IMG/VR virus record: IMGVR_UViG_2690316345_000009
Direction: 5' to 3' (one strand)
Length of the DNA: 23,688 bases
From: a virus
Taxonomy: Duplodnaviria > Heunggongvirae > Uroviricota > Caudoviricetes
Shown here: piece by piece, positions 15,171-23,586 of the stretch
Layout of the letters: every line of letters begins with the position of its first letter
How positions within the stretch are numbered: position 1 is the stretch's first letter
Translations under genes and position numbers: made by a program
The notes under the pieces: generated by a model
Seen by the model: the letters and a program-made list of their open reading frames with translations, nothing else
Told to the model about the DNA's origin: nothing
Database searches by the model: none

Positions 15171-16352
15171 TTACTCTTCTCTCTCTCGAATTGACATCAG
15201 GCTTATTTTAAGAGATTTACGAAGAATACTGTTTTGATGCAATGCCATATCCAAATAATCATAAATTTCTTTCGCCTTGTCGAAATTTTCTTCATCAACA
15301 AAACGTTCGAAATTATCAAGTAGTTCTTGTAGTTTTCTACTGAGAGTGCTTTCCATCCCCATTACATCTAACAAAACCTCTTCAACTGTCCAGGCAGAAT
15401 AACCCAAGCCATTTTCAGGAAGTTCTTTTACTCTCACTGTGCCATCATTATCTGGTACTAACGCAATGATCTGATGTGGTTTTGCATTCTGTACTACATG
15501 TGGGCTGTGAGTTGTGACAATAAATTGTGCTGATGGAAATGTTGTCGTAAGGGCTTCAGTGATTCTTGCCTGCCACTCAGGATGCAAATGAAGCTCAATT
15601 TCATCGATAAGAATCACTCCATCAAATTCTTGGGCGTAAATATCTTTCTCCGGATAACGAAGCTCGATCTCTTTAATAATACCGAGAAGGAGACTCATAC
15701 ATGATTTGAATCCCGAGGACAGATATTCATACCATATTACCCCGGTCGGGGTATTTACAAAAATATCGTAAGATTTAGGATCGACGCGATTGTAAGAAAA
15801 CTGAGGGTTTAAAATTGATATACACTCCCTTGCAAGATGTATATTTTTTATCGTATTAGGACCGTAACCATTATCTACTTTTTCAAACAAATCCCTCTTA
15901 GCAAACCAATCCTTGATATCATGTAAATTGACACCTAAATTAATCTGTTGCGAAACAGCATCATCGGATAGTGATTTATCTGCATTCAACGCCTCAAGAT
16001 GTTTATAATCAAAGTTACGTAATATTTCAAATTTTATTAGTTTCCTCTTATCAAATCCGTTATTATTAAAGTTGTGAATTGTTTCTGTAGGCAAATGAAC
16101 GTTAACATCTAATACTGAATTAAAGTTAACAGAATTATCTTCTATTATTAGACTAACACTTCCTGTTTCAGAAGTGACATTGCGTTTTATTCTATTAGTG
16201 TATCCATGAAGAAAAGGAAAGGAGGCAGCAAGCAAGAGTGTGGATTTTCCAACTCCGTTAGGCCCACATATAATATTCATGTCAGGCCTAAATTTTACGT
16301 ACAGGGACTTTATCCCCCCGATACCGTTTATAGTTAGCTCAGTCAGTTTCAT
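15171..16352 (-). CDS. ABC-type (AAA_15/21-like) ATPase; candidate Septu PtuA-like component
   Basis: Track ORF 15171..16373 starts at a GTG; likely start is the in-frame ATG with upstream AAGGAAA giving MKLTELTINGIGG.... Walker A GPNGVGKST, ABC-signature-like LSSGFK, Walker B VILIDEIELHLHP, H-loop TTHSP. No TOPRIM or other nuclease domain fused. Confidence 0.7.
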   Translation of the reverse strand: MKLTELTINGIGGIKSLYVKFRPDMNIICGPNGVGKSTLLLAASFPFLHGYTNRIKRNVTSETGSVSLIIEDNSVNFNSVLDVNVHLPTETIHNFNNNGFDKRKLIKFEILRNFDYKHLEALNADKSLSDDAVSQQINLGVNLHDIKDWFAKRDLFEKVDNGYGPNTIKNIHLARECISILNPQFSYNRVDPKSYDIFVNTPTGVIWYEYLSSGFKSCMSLLLGIIKEIELRYPEKDIYAQEFDGVILIDEIELHLHPEWQARITEALTTTFPSAQFIVTTHSPHVVQNAKPHQIIALVPDNDGTVRVKELPENGLGYSAWTVEEVLLDVMGMESTLSRKLQELLDNFERFVDEENFDKAKEIYDYLDMALHQNSILRKSLKISLMSIREREE

Positions 16353-16587
16353 ATATTTCCTTGTAATTTCCACTAACCCACATTCAGGATTAGCTAGATA
16401 CTAAGGAACAAGCCAAGTGTTGTAAATAAAAAATCTTATCTTATATTCGAGTTAGAAAAGTATGTTGCACCCGCTGGTTGAGCAAACAGTACAAAGCTGG
16501 CGGCCATTGAAGATCATGACCGCCATACCTAACGCCTCGCTTCACTCGTTGTTCAACCTTGTTCCCTCTGATAGGATCCTATCGGGA

Positions 16588-16809
16588 TCAACGTTTTAAT
16601 GTAACCTGCTGCATTATTTCCATTACTCGCTTTTTGTCTTCATCCAGTTTTAACCCGCTCAGTTCAACACCATTGGCGCTGCCCTTACGGATACGAATTG
16701 CTGTTTTGGGATACAGAGGGCGCAAATTACGGTAGAGCTCGGATTCAAGGGCTTCCAGTGTGGCCTGGCTAATCTTCTGCTCTTTATCGATCATTATTTC
16801 AATGCGCAT
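16588..16809 (-). CDS. dinI: DinI-family protein
   Basis: 73-aa ORF MRIEIMIDKEQKISQATLEALESELYRNLRPLYPKTAIRIRKGSANGVELSGLKLDEDKKRVMEIMQQ, matching the E. coli DinI pattern; downstream of a LexA-box-like operator. Confidence 0.75.
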   Translation of the reverse strand: MRIEIMIDKEQKISQATLEALESELYRNLRPLYPKTAIRIRKGSANGVELSGLKLDEDKKRVMEIMQQVTLKR

Positions 16810-16821
16810 ACAGATTTCCCT

Positions 16822-17010
16822 TTAACTGGTAACGTCCATTGATCGGCTGTATTCATGGCTGCGAATTTTCGCCATCAACTCATCTGTCAGTTCGGACACC
16901 CACTGGATAGCCAGCCGCTTTTCTTCGTCGCTGCACTCACTAGCCGCTACAAGCTTGATAAAAAAATCAATACGCTGGAGCTTCAATGACTCCAAAAGAT
17001 AGTCCTGCAT
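16822..17010 (-). CDS. Small hypothetical protein, first gene of the putative SOS-regulated operon (possible Tum-like antirepressor)
   Basis: Within track ORF 16822..17187 the ATG preceded by AGGAGGGAAG gives a 62-aa product MQDYLLESLKLQRIDFFIKLVAASECSDEEKRLAIQWVSELTDELMAKIRSHEYSRSMDVTS. The Tum analogy is positional only. Confidence 0.4.
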   Translation of the reverse strand: MQDYLLESLKLQRIDFFIKLVAASECSDEEKRLAIQWVSELTDELMAKIRSHEYSRSMDVTS

Positions 17011-17056
17011 CTTCCCTCCTATCATTACACGGATACACAAATACTGTACATATACC

Positions 17057-17076
17057 CACTGTTTATACAAACAGTA
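17057..17076. promoter_or_regulatory. LexA (SOS) box-like operator
   Basis: CACTGTTTATACAAACAGTA contains a perfect CTGT-N8-ACAG palindrome, ~40-50 nt upstream of the small ORF start. A degenerate second box (ACTGTACATATACCCAC) lies just beside it. Coordinates approximate. Confidence 0.6.
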
Positions 17077-17168
17077 TAGTAGGAAAGAAAAAATGTAAAA
17101 CTCTTTTTTGTCAGTCAATTGGATGTACTGACTCCAGTCAATAAAGCACGAAATGTTAAACAGCATCC

Positions 17169-19562
17169 TTAGTACCATCGACGCCATTTGTCATCTTCCT
17201 GCAGCCTCTGTTTACGGTAAAAAATACGTAAACCGGCACCGGATGGAATGCTGCCGCCACGCAGAAGCAAATCAATCTCAGATACACTACCCTCAAACCC
17301 TCTGGCAGTCAGTTCTGCCTCAAGCTGCAGGCGCTGCTGCTCCGAAATACTCTGTATGTATGCTTTTTTTCGCTTCGGTTTTACCAGTCTCAACCTGGCT
17401 GTCAGCTCCCGCCGTTCCTTCTGGCCCATGTTGTGGAGATATTCCTGCAGCTCCTTCTCATCCATGGTTTTAATATCGGGTAAATCCCCCCCTGATTTGT
17501 TCATATTTTCAACAGGGGGACAGTTATTGCCACGAGTCCAAGGGGCGCAAGCGCCCTGGTCGGCTACCGCCTCCTGAACGTCAACGGCTTTACGAACCAT
17601 TTTCCACTTCACTGCATGAGTGCAGATCTTGCCCTCTGCAATGGGTGACCAGATGCCATAAATACGAATGCCGTGATCGCCATAGGCGGTCGGCTCTTCG
17701 TTAATTTCATAAGCAGTTCTGATGAGGTGATATTTGCGGGGAACCAGTACGCCGCCCTGCTTCATGATGTAAGTGGCAAAACAACCAGCATCAGCAGCAG
17801 CCAGGATTGCATCAAGGCGCGGGTTATCCAGTACCGGCGCACCTGCTTTTTTGTCCCCCTGTTGCCTTGCCGCCTGACCAGCCAGCAATCGCAGTTCACG
17901 GTAAGCCTGACGCCCCGGAATGCCAAAGAAGCGGAATTGCTGAACACGATGCAGAGACGCCCAGGCATTAACGTATTCAGCGTTATCACGCAGGGATTTA
18001 CCCGTTTCCTTACTGATCTCGCCAGCCAGACCACGCCCGTCAATATTCTTACTGATATATTTCGCAATGTAGCTTGTCGGCGTTCCTTTGCGCGGGTTTA
18101 TCAGCTCAGACTTAAAGCGTGGCCCCGTGTTATTGCCCAGCTCCTCGCGGTCTTCACGGATGGCAAACTTACGCAACAATGCAGTAATGGCGCGGCGGTC
18201 TTTTTTGCGCATGAAACACAACAGGTGCCAGTGAACTGTGCCGTCATGATGCGGCTCAGCCACCCGCACGCCATACCAGCGCAACCCGGCTTTGTGCATA
18301 GCCTTACGAAATGCAGCAAACATGCCGACCAGATAATCGCTGCTTTGTCTTACTGTCGCGTTGGTCCAGGTCGGGTTTGGCCTGCCGTTATTTAGCGTGG
18401 AATGGAAACGTGACGGACAGGTGATGGTGTAGAAAACGGCGCAGTCACCGCGCATTTCCGCGATAAGCTCCAGACCTTTAACACAGGCCATCATCTCATT
18501 GCGGCGATGCGCAGGGTTGCTGCTGCTGGCGTTTACCACGTCTTCCATATCCAGCGTGTCGCCGTCTTCGTTCACCAGTTCATGAGAACGGAAAAACTCC
18601 AGCGACTTACGGCGCTGCTCACGTTTATGCATCACGGCTTCATAGCTGACATAGGGAGATGCTTTTTTGCTGACCAGGCAAACAGCACGCAACTGCTCTT
18701 CCCGCCATTCGCTACGCATCTTCCATAATTTCCGATACCACCAGTCGGCGCACAACATACGCGCCAGCGAACCCGGAATAAGTTCATAGGGCACGGGTTT
18801 ACGGCGGTTTCTTTTCCGGCGGAGTTGCTCAAACGCAGGCGGTATGACATCCAGTCGCAGGGTTTCCGCCGCCACCTTTTCCCATGTCTTGCGGATTTCT
18901 TCTGGCTTAACGTCATCGGTGGCATACAAATCACCACAAGCGACCTCAAGACACATGCTCATATGCGCTGCTACCAGGGTGGACAGGCGTTTTACCTGAT
19001 CCTGACTCATTTCAGGCAGGATCAGCAGGCCGTCCAGCCCTTCATGGCTTGCCATAAAGCGAAAAGAAGTGGATAGCTGACTGTCGCGTACATGCTCCAG
19101 TCTTTCCAGACATGGCTTAATCGTCTCACGCAAATAGCGGGAATAAGCCTTTGGCCTGCCCAGACTGCTGAAGTATTCAATACGTTGCATCAGCGGCTTG
19201 CTGATATGGGAAGGCAGGGCGTTGACGTCAGCCAGAATGACCATGTCTGGATTAAAACGCTGCTGCTCATGCGCCAGCTTTGCCCGGCTAATGAGCTTAT
19301 CCTGCTCCATTTCGCGCTGGACAGGATCACGGGATTCATTAAAGAAATAACGCTCCCAGACCTGCTCACTCAGTGCCTCGCGGCGCAGTTGTTCCTGCTC
19401 GTTATCGGCAGCATACAGAGTGATCAGGTTTGAAAGTGCAGACTCCGGCGCAAATTCCGCCGGGTCCAGATAAGGGTTAATGGCCTTTTTCGGGCCGTTC
19501 CATGAAAATGATGCAGCGGCCTCGTTAAAGCCGCTAGAGTTGCTCATATCGTCATGACTCAT
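17169..19562 (-). CDS. Replication initiation endonuclease (P2 gpA-like rolling-circle initiator)
   Basis: 797-aa ORF; size and position (between the Dam/TraR operon and the SOS module) match P2/186 gene A; start overlaps the dam stop (ATGA). Confidence 0.85.
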   Translation of the reverse strand: MSHDDMSNSSGFNEAAASFSWNGPKKAINPYLDPAEFAPESALSNLITLYAADNEQEQLRREALSEQVWERYFFNESRDPVQREMEQDKLISRAKLAHEQQRFNPDMVILADVNALPSHISKPLMQRIEYFSSLGRPKAYSRYLRETIKPCLERLEHVRDSQLSTSFRFMASHEGLDGLLILPEMSQDQVKRLSTLVAAHMSMCLEVACGDLYATDDVKPEEIRKTWEKVAAETLRLDVIPPAFEQLRRKRNRRKPVPYELIPGSLARMLCADWWYRKLWKMRSEWREEQLRAVCLVSKKASPYVSYEAVMHKREQRRKSLEFFRSHELVNEDGDTLDMEDVVNASSSNPAHRRNEMMACVKGLELIAEMRGDCAVFYTITCPSRFHSTLNNGRPNPTWTNATVRQSSDYLVGMFAAFRKAMHKAGLRWYGVRVAEPHHDGTVHWHLLCFMRKKDRRAITALLRKFAIREDREELGNNTGPRFKSELINPRKGTPTSYIAKYISKNIDGRGLAGEISKETGKSLRDNAEYVNAWASLHRVQQFRFFGIPGRQAYRELRLLAGQAARQQGDKKAGAPVLDNPRLDAILAAADAGCFATYIMKQGGVLVPRKYHLIRTAYEINEEPTAYGDHGIRIYGIWSPIAEGKICTHAVKWKMVRKAVDVQEAVADQGACAPWTRGNNCPPVENMNKSGGDLPDIKTMDEKELQEYLHNMGQKERRELTARLRLVKPKRKKAYIQSISEQQRLQLEAELTARGFEGSVSEIDLLLRGGSIPSGAGLRIFYRKQRLQEDDKWRRWY

Positions 19563-20416
19563 ACACGCACCTCGTACACAGCAGAACTATCTACGCCACG
19601 CGAAGGATCAAATCCCACCCAGCAGCGCGCCCCGGAAACAGCAATGATTTCTGTTGCAGATTTACTATCACCAGCTGCCACACCGATGCTGCGTTTTGCC
19701 TTGATGTAGTGGTGAGTAAAATTGCGATACAGCGAACGGATCAGGGATGTGTCACTGTTAGAAACAATGACCGGATGTCCTTCTGATGACCGATGTTCAA
19801 GAACGGATGCCAGGTGATACTGGTCATCTTCAGTGAAACCATCAGTGTGATAGCCGGAAAACGTACCGTCATACGGCGGATCGCAATACACCACATCCCC
19901 CGCCTTCAACATCGCCAGCGTTTCATCAAAGCTGGCGCAGATAAACGTTGCCCGCTGGGCTTTCTCTGCAAATGCGCGAATTTCTTTTTCAGGGAAATAC
20001 GGATTTTTATAATTACCGTAGGGAATGTTGAAATACCCGCTCTTGTTATAGCGACATAACCCACGGTAACCATGACGATTGAGATACAGAAAATATACCG
20101 CTTTCATGAAATCAGTAATTTCAGTGGAGTAATTAAACTCCTGCCTTATGTTGTAATAAGCCACCTCCCTGTTTGCTTCCTCAAATAAAGCTCTGGCACG
20201 AGATATAAACGCCTCACAATCAGCAGCAACCTTTTTATAGAGGTTGATTAAATCAGGATTAATATCCGCAACAAGATAGCTGGGGTAATCCGTCTCCATC
20301 ATCACTGCACAGGAACCCGCGAAAGGTTCAACCAGTCGCGGGCCAGCAGGAAGATGCTTTTTCAGTTCGGACATTATGGCGGTTTTATTTCCCGCCCATT
20401 TCAGGATGGTGCTCAT
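19559..20416 (-). CDS. dam: DNA adenine methyltransferase (Dam-like, N6-adenine, probably GATC-specific)
   Basis: Track ORF 19559..20476; likely start is internal [23 protein letters not shown].... Contains the catalytic DPPY motif ([11 protein letters not shown]) and an N-terminal AdoMet-binding region (EPFAGSCAV). No adjacent restriction endonuclease gene. Confidence 0.85.
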   Translation of the reverse strand: MSTILKWAGNKTAIMSELKKHLPAGPRLVEPFAGSCAVMMETDYPSYLVADINPDLINLYKKVAADCEAFISRARALFEEANREVAYYNIRQEFNYSTEITDFMKAVYFLYLNRHGYRGLCRYNKSGYFNIPYGNYKNPYFPEKEIRAFAEKAQRATFICASFDETLAMLKAGDVVYCDPPYDGTFSGYHTDGFTEDDQYHLASVLEHRSSEGHPVIVSNSDTSLIRSLYRNFTHHYIKAKRSIGVAAGDSKSATEIIAVSGARCWVGFDPSRGVDSSAVYEVRV

Positions 20417-20640
20417 ACAGCACCTCCGTTGTAATGTTTGCCTTTCAGCTCTGCGATTTCCTGACAGGTAATGCAAAGCTGCACACCCGGAATGGCACGA
20501 CGGCGTGCTGGCGGAATTGGCGCTTCACACTCAACGCAAAGCACGCGGGACACGCCCGGCGTTTTGGCACGGGCAGCACGGATATGACGTTGGCGTTCTT
20601 CTTCAACGCGCTGCTGGACGAGATCCATTGCATCAGCCAT
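20413..20640 (-). CDS. TraR/DksA-family C4 zinc-finger protein
   Basis: 75-aa ORF with CVECEAPIPPARRRAIPGVQLCITCQ, the characteristic Cys4 finger of TraR/DksA-like phage proteins; translationally coupled to neighbours on both sides. Confidence 0.7.
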   Translation of the reverse strand: MADAMDLVQQRVEEERQRHIRAARAKTPGVSRVLCVECEAPIPPARRRAIPGVQLCITCQEIAELKGKHYNGGAV

Positions 20641-20873
20641 CAGTGGATCTCCTGCGCTTCGTTCTGGATTGCTTCAGCAGTCACACGCAGCAGTTCTGCC
20701 GCTTCGACGTGGTTTAACTGGCGGGATGTGATATGACACGACAGGCGATCAAGGCGAGCTGCCATTGCTTCAGCCCTTGCCCGGCGTTCTTCCAGACGAG
20801 CCTCTGTCAGTAAAATATTAAGCCCTGCGTCATCCGGTCCGGTTTTAGTCGTGAGGGTATCAATATTACGCAT
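20640..20873 (-). CDS. Hypothetical protein (early/replication operon)
   Basis: Track ORF 20640..20879 starts at a TTG; the ATG two codons in is preceded by GGAG. ~77 aa, Ala/Arg/Glu-rich helical sequence; no recognisable motif. Confidence 0.45.
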   Translation of the reverse strand: MRNIDTLTTKTGPDDAGLNILLTEARLEERRARAEAMAARLDRLSCHITSRQLNHVEAAELLRVTAEAIQNEAQEIH

Positions 20874-20940
20874 AATCAATTCTCCTGAATTTAGATAAAG
20901 GGATGCCCGGCGGGTTTACGCCATTAATTTCATTAGTTGG

Positions 20941-21282
20941 TTAATTCGGCATGGTTAGCCGTCTGGGAAATAAGCTCACCACTGCACGAAAATGATTCAT
21001 TGCTTTAATCAGCTCCCGCTTTTCGTCAGTGGTCAGCTCATTAATGCTGATGCTATGACGTTCAGCTGGAATTTTTGCCATAAAGAATATGGCAGCCAGT
21101 GCCCGTTTATTTTGTTCATTATTGATATCCCGTGGATCACGCATATCTTTAATAAACCGCTCAAGCTCTGACTCAATATTCAGGCCAAAAACTTTCGCCC
21201 TTAACTCCGCAATGTGATTAAGTCCATTCAGGCGTTCACCGGGGCTTAATGGAACAGTTGCTGCAGCGCCATTAATTGCCAT
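20941..21282 (-). CDS. Hypothetical protein (early region)
   Basis: 113-aa ORF in the correct orientation for the early operon; no motif recognised. Confidence 0.45.
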   Translation of the reverse strand: MAINGAAATVPLSPGERLNGLNHIAELRAKVFGLNIESELERFIKDMRDPRDINNEQNKRALAAIFFMAKIPAERHSISINELTTDEKRELIKAMNHFRAVVSLFPRRLTMPN

Positions 21283-21304
21283 ACTTCATATCCCCCAAAC
21301 GCAG

Positions 21305-21529
21305 CTATCGTTCTTTGTTCTTACGGTAACGCTCAAGAGGAGATACATTTTTTCGTATCGTCTCTTTAACCTGCTCTCCCCGTAAAAACGTCCCATCCTT
21401 TAACGTGAAAAAGTAACTGCCATCGCCCGACAATGACGGATAGCAACAGAGCAAATCATCTTCAGGTACTGAATAACTCTCCCCTCTGTAACGAAACTGA
21501 TAAACCATTTCACTTTCTGCCGCATACAT
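21305..21529 (-). CDS. Hypothetical small protein (uncertain; overlaps alternative ORF)
   Basis: 74-aa ORF; overlaps ORF 21400..21726 by ~130 nt in another frame, so at most one model is fully correct. Confidence 0.25.
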   Translation of the reverse strand: MYAAESEMVYQFRYRGESYSVPEDDLLCCYPSLSGDGSYFFTLKDGTFLRGEQVKETIRKNVSPLERYRKNKER

Positions 21530-21726
21530 TTGGACTTTCTCCGTTTCCTCGTGGTCAATTCAGACAGCAATTCATCTTGTGAATGACATGGATGCCAGCG
21601 TTTTCCATCCTCACCCGTGATCCAGCCGTGACCGTAGTGCATTGCCGGGCTTTGTTTTACCAGCAGCGATGCAAATGATGGTTCTTTCGACAGCATAAGC
21701 ACCTCACAGCAAACCGAATGAAGCAC
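21400..21726 (-). CDS. Hypothetical protein downstream of the CII-like gene (uncertain start)
   Basis: 108-aa ORF starting near the CII-like gene stop; occupies the position where 186 has fil/dhr-type early genes. Cys/His-rich; no motif recognised. Confidence 0.3.
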   Translation of the reverse strand: MLHSVCCEVLMLSKEPSFASLLVKQSPAMHYGHGWITGEDGKRWHPCHSQDELLSELTTRKRRKSKCMRQKVKWFISFVTEGRVIQYLKMICSVAIRHCRAMAVTFSR

Positions 21727-22213
21727 CGAGGCCAGTTACGGTATCAACCGCACTCGCCATCGCAGGGTTAGCCTGTAAACGGGCCTGCAATGAAACAGCA
21801 GCCAGCGCCATCAGTCGTGTTACAGAGTTAATGCTGCTGATGGCATCACGACGACCTGCACTGGTTTTTACATCGCCAGATACCGCACCTGCAGCAACAC
21901 GCCCGATCTCTGCGGTTGCACTCATGACGTAATGTGGCAGTTTCTCTTTTGCCACCTCATTAATCGGCACACATGGCAGGCAGTGAATCTGTGCCAGAAA
22001 ACCATCTACCAGTGTTGAGTCTTCTGTCAGATCAGTAAGCAACCAAATTTCTGGTGCGGTTAATAAATGAGGTTGAGCTGGATTCAGCTTGTTCCGCAGA
22101 ATCTGCACATTCATACCTGCACGTTCTGCCAGTTGCACCAAGTTGTGGCGCAATGCAAATGCACGACAGGCTTCATCAAAATGTGGATGTTTGGAAACTT
22201 GGTAATCAAACAT
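21704..22213 (-). CDS. cII: CII-like transcriptional activator (phage 186 CII family)
   Basis: Track ORF 21704..22222; from the internal start [82 protein letters not shown]... closely resembles 186 CII as I recall it. Confidence 0.8.
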   Translation of the reverse strand: MFDYQVSKHPHFDEACRAFALRHNLVQLAERAGMNVQILRNKLNPAQPHLLTAPEIWLLTDLTEDSTLVDGFLAQIHCLPCVPINEVAKEKLPHYVMSATAEIGRVAAGAVSGDVKTSAGRRDAISSINSVTRLMALAAVSLQARLQANPAMASAVDTVTGLGASFGLL

Positions 22214-22277
22214 GGTTTTCAACTCCGAACTTATCGCAAAATCGAACTCAGCGTCTTATTGCGAAAATAGACGTCTA

Positions 22278-22481
22278 TTAAGCAGACAAAGCATCAACAG
22301 TCAGAGCAGCCAGGTTAATCATTACCTTTTCACGTTTTTTGTCTTTACGAAGACGATGACGAGGTAGTCGGCCATCAGCCAACATGTCGTTAATCGTATC
22401 AATAGAAAGGCCAGTCAGTTCGCTATAACGTTCGATTGTGACATGTGGTGTATTCAGAGTAATTGAAATGTTAGGTGTCAT
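22278..22481 (-). CDS. Apl/Cox-like small HTH protein (excisionase / lytic-promoter-side repressor)
   Basis: 67-aa basic ORF, first gene of the leftward early operon immediately upstream of the CII-like gene, divergent from the repressor gene; HTH-like core [25 protein letters not shown]. Confidence 0.6.
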   Translation of the reverse strand: MTPNISITLNTPHVTIERYSELTGLSIDTINDMLADGRLPRHRLRKDKKREKVMINLAALTVDALSA

Positions 22482-22626
22482 AAGGCAACATTCCTTCTAG
22501 ATATGGCTTGTGGCGAGCCGTTGTTTGTCGTGATTAGTAGTGAAGGCTCCAAAAGAACACTTCTGGTTCAACTTTAAGATCGCTTTTGGAATCTGTCAAC
22601 GAATTTTGGATTTCTTTGGAGGACTT
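22482..22626. promoter_or_regulatory. Lysis-lysogeny switch region between divergent Apl-like and CI-like genes
   Basis: ~145-bp gap separating the divergently oriented Apl-like and CI-like starts; by analogy with 186 (pR/pL) and P2 (Pe/Pc) expected to hold face-to-face promoters and operators. Individual promoter hexamers not confidently assigned. Confidence 0.5.
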
Positions 22627-23196
22627 GTGGATTTCAATAGCGGCGGTAAGAAAGCCATAGAACGTTTAGTTGAAGCATATGGGTTCGGTACCCGTCAGGC
22701 TCTCTGTGATCATTTAGGTGTTTCTAAGAGCACCATGGCAACGCGCTATATGCGTGATATTTTTCCAGCAGATTGGGTAATCCAGTGCGCCCTTGAAACG
22801 GGCACCTCGCTTAATTGGCTAACAACAGGGCATGGTTCAAAGCAAGCATCAGCAAATACAAATACTATAGAAGTAGAAAAATATTTATTGTCTGATGGAG
22901 CATTGCAGAAAGACGGTTTTTATATTTTTGATAAGGAATTTCTACCCTCTACGTTTAAAAAACCTTTTGTCATCACAGATAACAATTCTGAATTTATTTG
23001 TGATAAAGAATTTGATGATATACGTGATGGTAAATGGGTAATAAGTATTGATGGCGAAATAACGATCCGTGACATTACTCGTTTACCCGGTGGAAGAATC
23101 TTCGTCGAGGGTGGAAACAGAGCCTTCGAATGCAAGATAGAAGACATTGAAATAATTGGTAAAATTATAAGTTTAACAGTCAAGTATGTTAAATAG
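22627..23196 (+). CDS. cI: CI-like immunity repressor (186 CI family)
   Basis: Track ORF 22540..23196; likely start is the in-frame GTG preceded by GGAGG, giving ~189 aa (186 CI is of similar size). N-terminal HTH-like region (TRQALCDHLGVSKSTMATRYMRD). Call rests mainly on switch synteny. Confidence 0.65.
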   Translation: MDFNSGGKKAIERLVEAYGFGTRQALCDHLGVSKSTMATRYMRDIFPADWVIQCALETGTSLNWLTTGHGSKQASANTNTIEVEKYLLSDGALQKDGFYIFDKEFLPSTFKKPFVITDNNSEFICDKEFDDIRDGKWVISIDGEITIRDITRLPGGRIFVEGGNRAFECKIEDIEIIGKIISLTVKYVK

Positions 23197-23211
23197 TACC
23201 GGGAGGAAACT

Positions 23212-23403
23212 ATGCTTGGTAAGGTATTTTTTGTGGTTTTGTCATGTTCTTTGTTATTAAACCCACTAACTACCTATGCTAGAAATTATCCCTGCTCAGG
23301 GAAAAAGGGAGGTGTTTCTCACTGTACCTCAGATGGCAAATTCGTTTGCAATGATGGAACTATTAGTAAATCCAAAAAAATCTGTACTAAAAACTCACGA
23401 TAA
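23212..23403 (+). CDS. Small secreted cysteine-rich protein (candidate lysogenic-conversion moron)
   Basis: 63-aa ORF with strong RBS (GGGAGGAAACT-ATG) 16 nt after the CI stop; N-terminal signal peptide ([23 protein letters not shown]) and a ~40-aa Lys-rich part with four Cys (C-x9-C-x7-C-x11-C); AT-rich. Confidence 0.5.
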   Translation: MLGKVFFVVLSCSLLLNPLTTYARNYPCSGKKGGVSHCTSDGKFVCNDGTISKSKKICTKNSR

Positions 23404-23586
23404 CTTTTGCTTTTATATCTGCGTCTAAAATAAAAATGAGCCGCAGGTTAACCGCAAAAGTTACATGCTCACATAGCAAAAAGAATAGCCAACTTCATTA
23501 TGGCTTCAGTGAGATGTATGGTCGTAGGATTTCATACATTGACACTGGTTATACATACAGTAAAAATGCTCTCTACTGGAGGTAAT

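Noticed and set aside
15171-16373. Possibility that the ATPase-HNH pair is a retron-associated Septu (type I-A retron), PARIS or Gabija
   Set aside because: No reverse transcriptase ORF and no room for one within ~230 bp upstream of the ATPase; the partner protein has a Cys-rich HNH motif rather than a TOPRIM/OLD or DUF4435-type sequence, and the ATPase has no fused nuclease.
17673-18395. 240-aa plus-strand ORF inside the replication initiator gene
   Set aside because: Antisense to the 797-aa replication protein ORF, which is continuous and syntenic; no RBS or motif supports the antisense frame.
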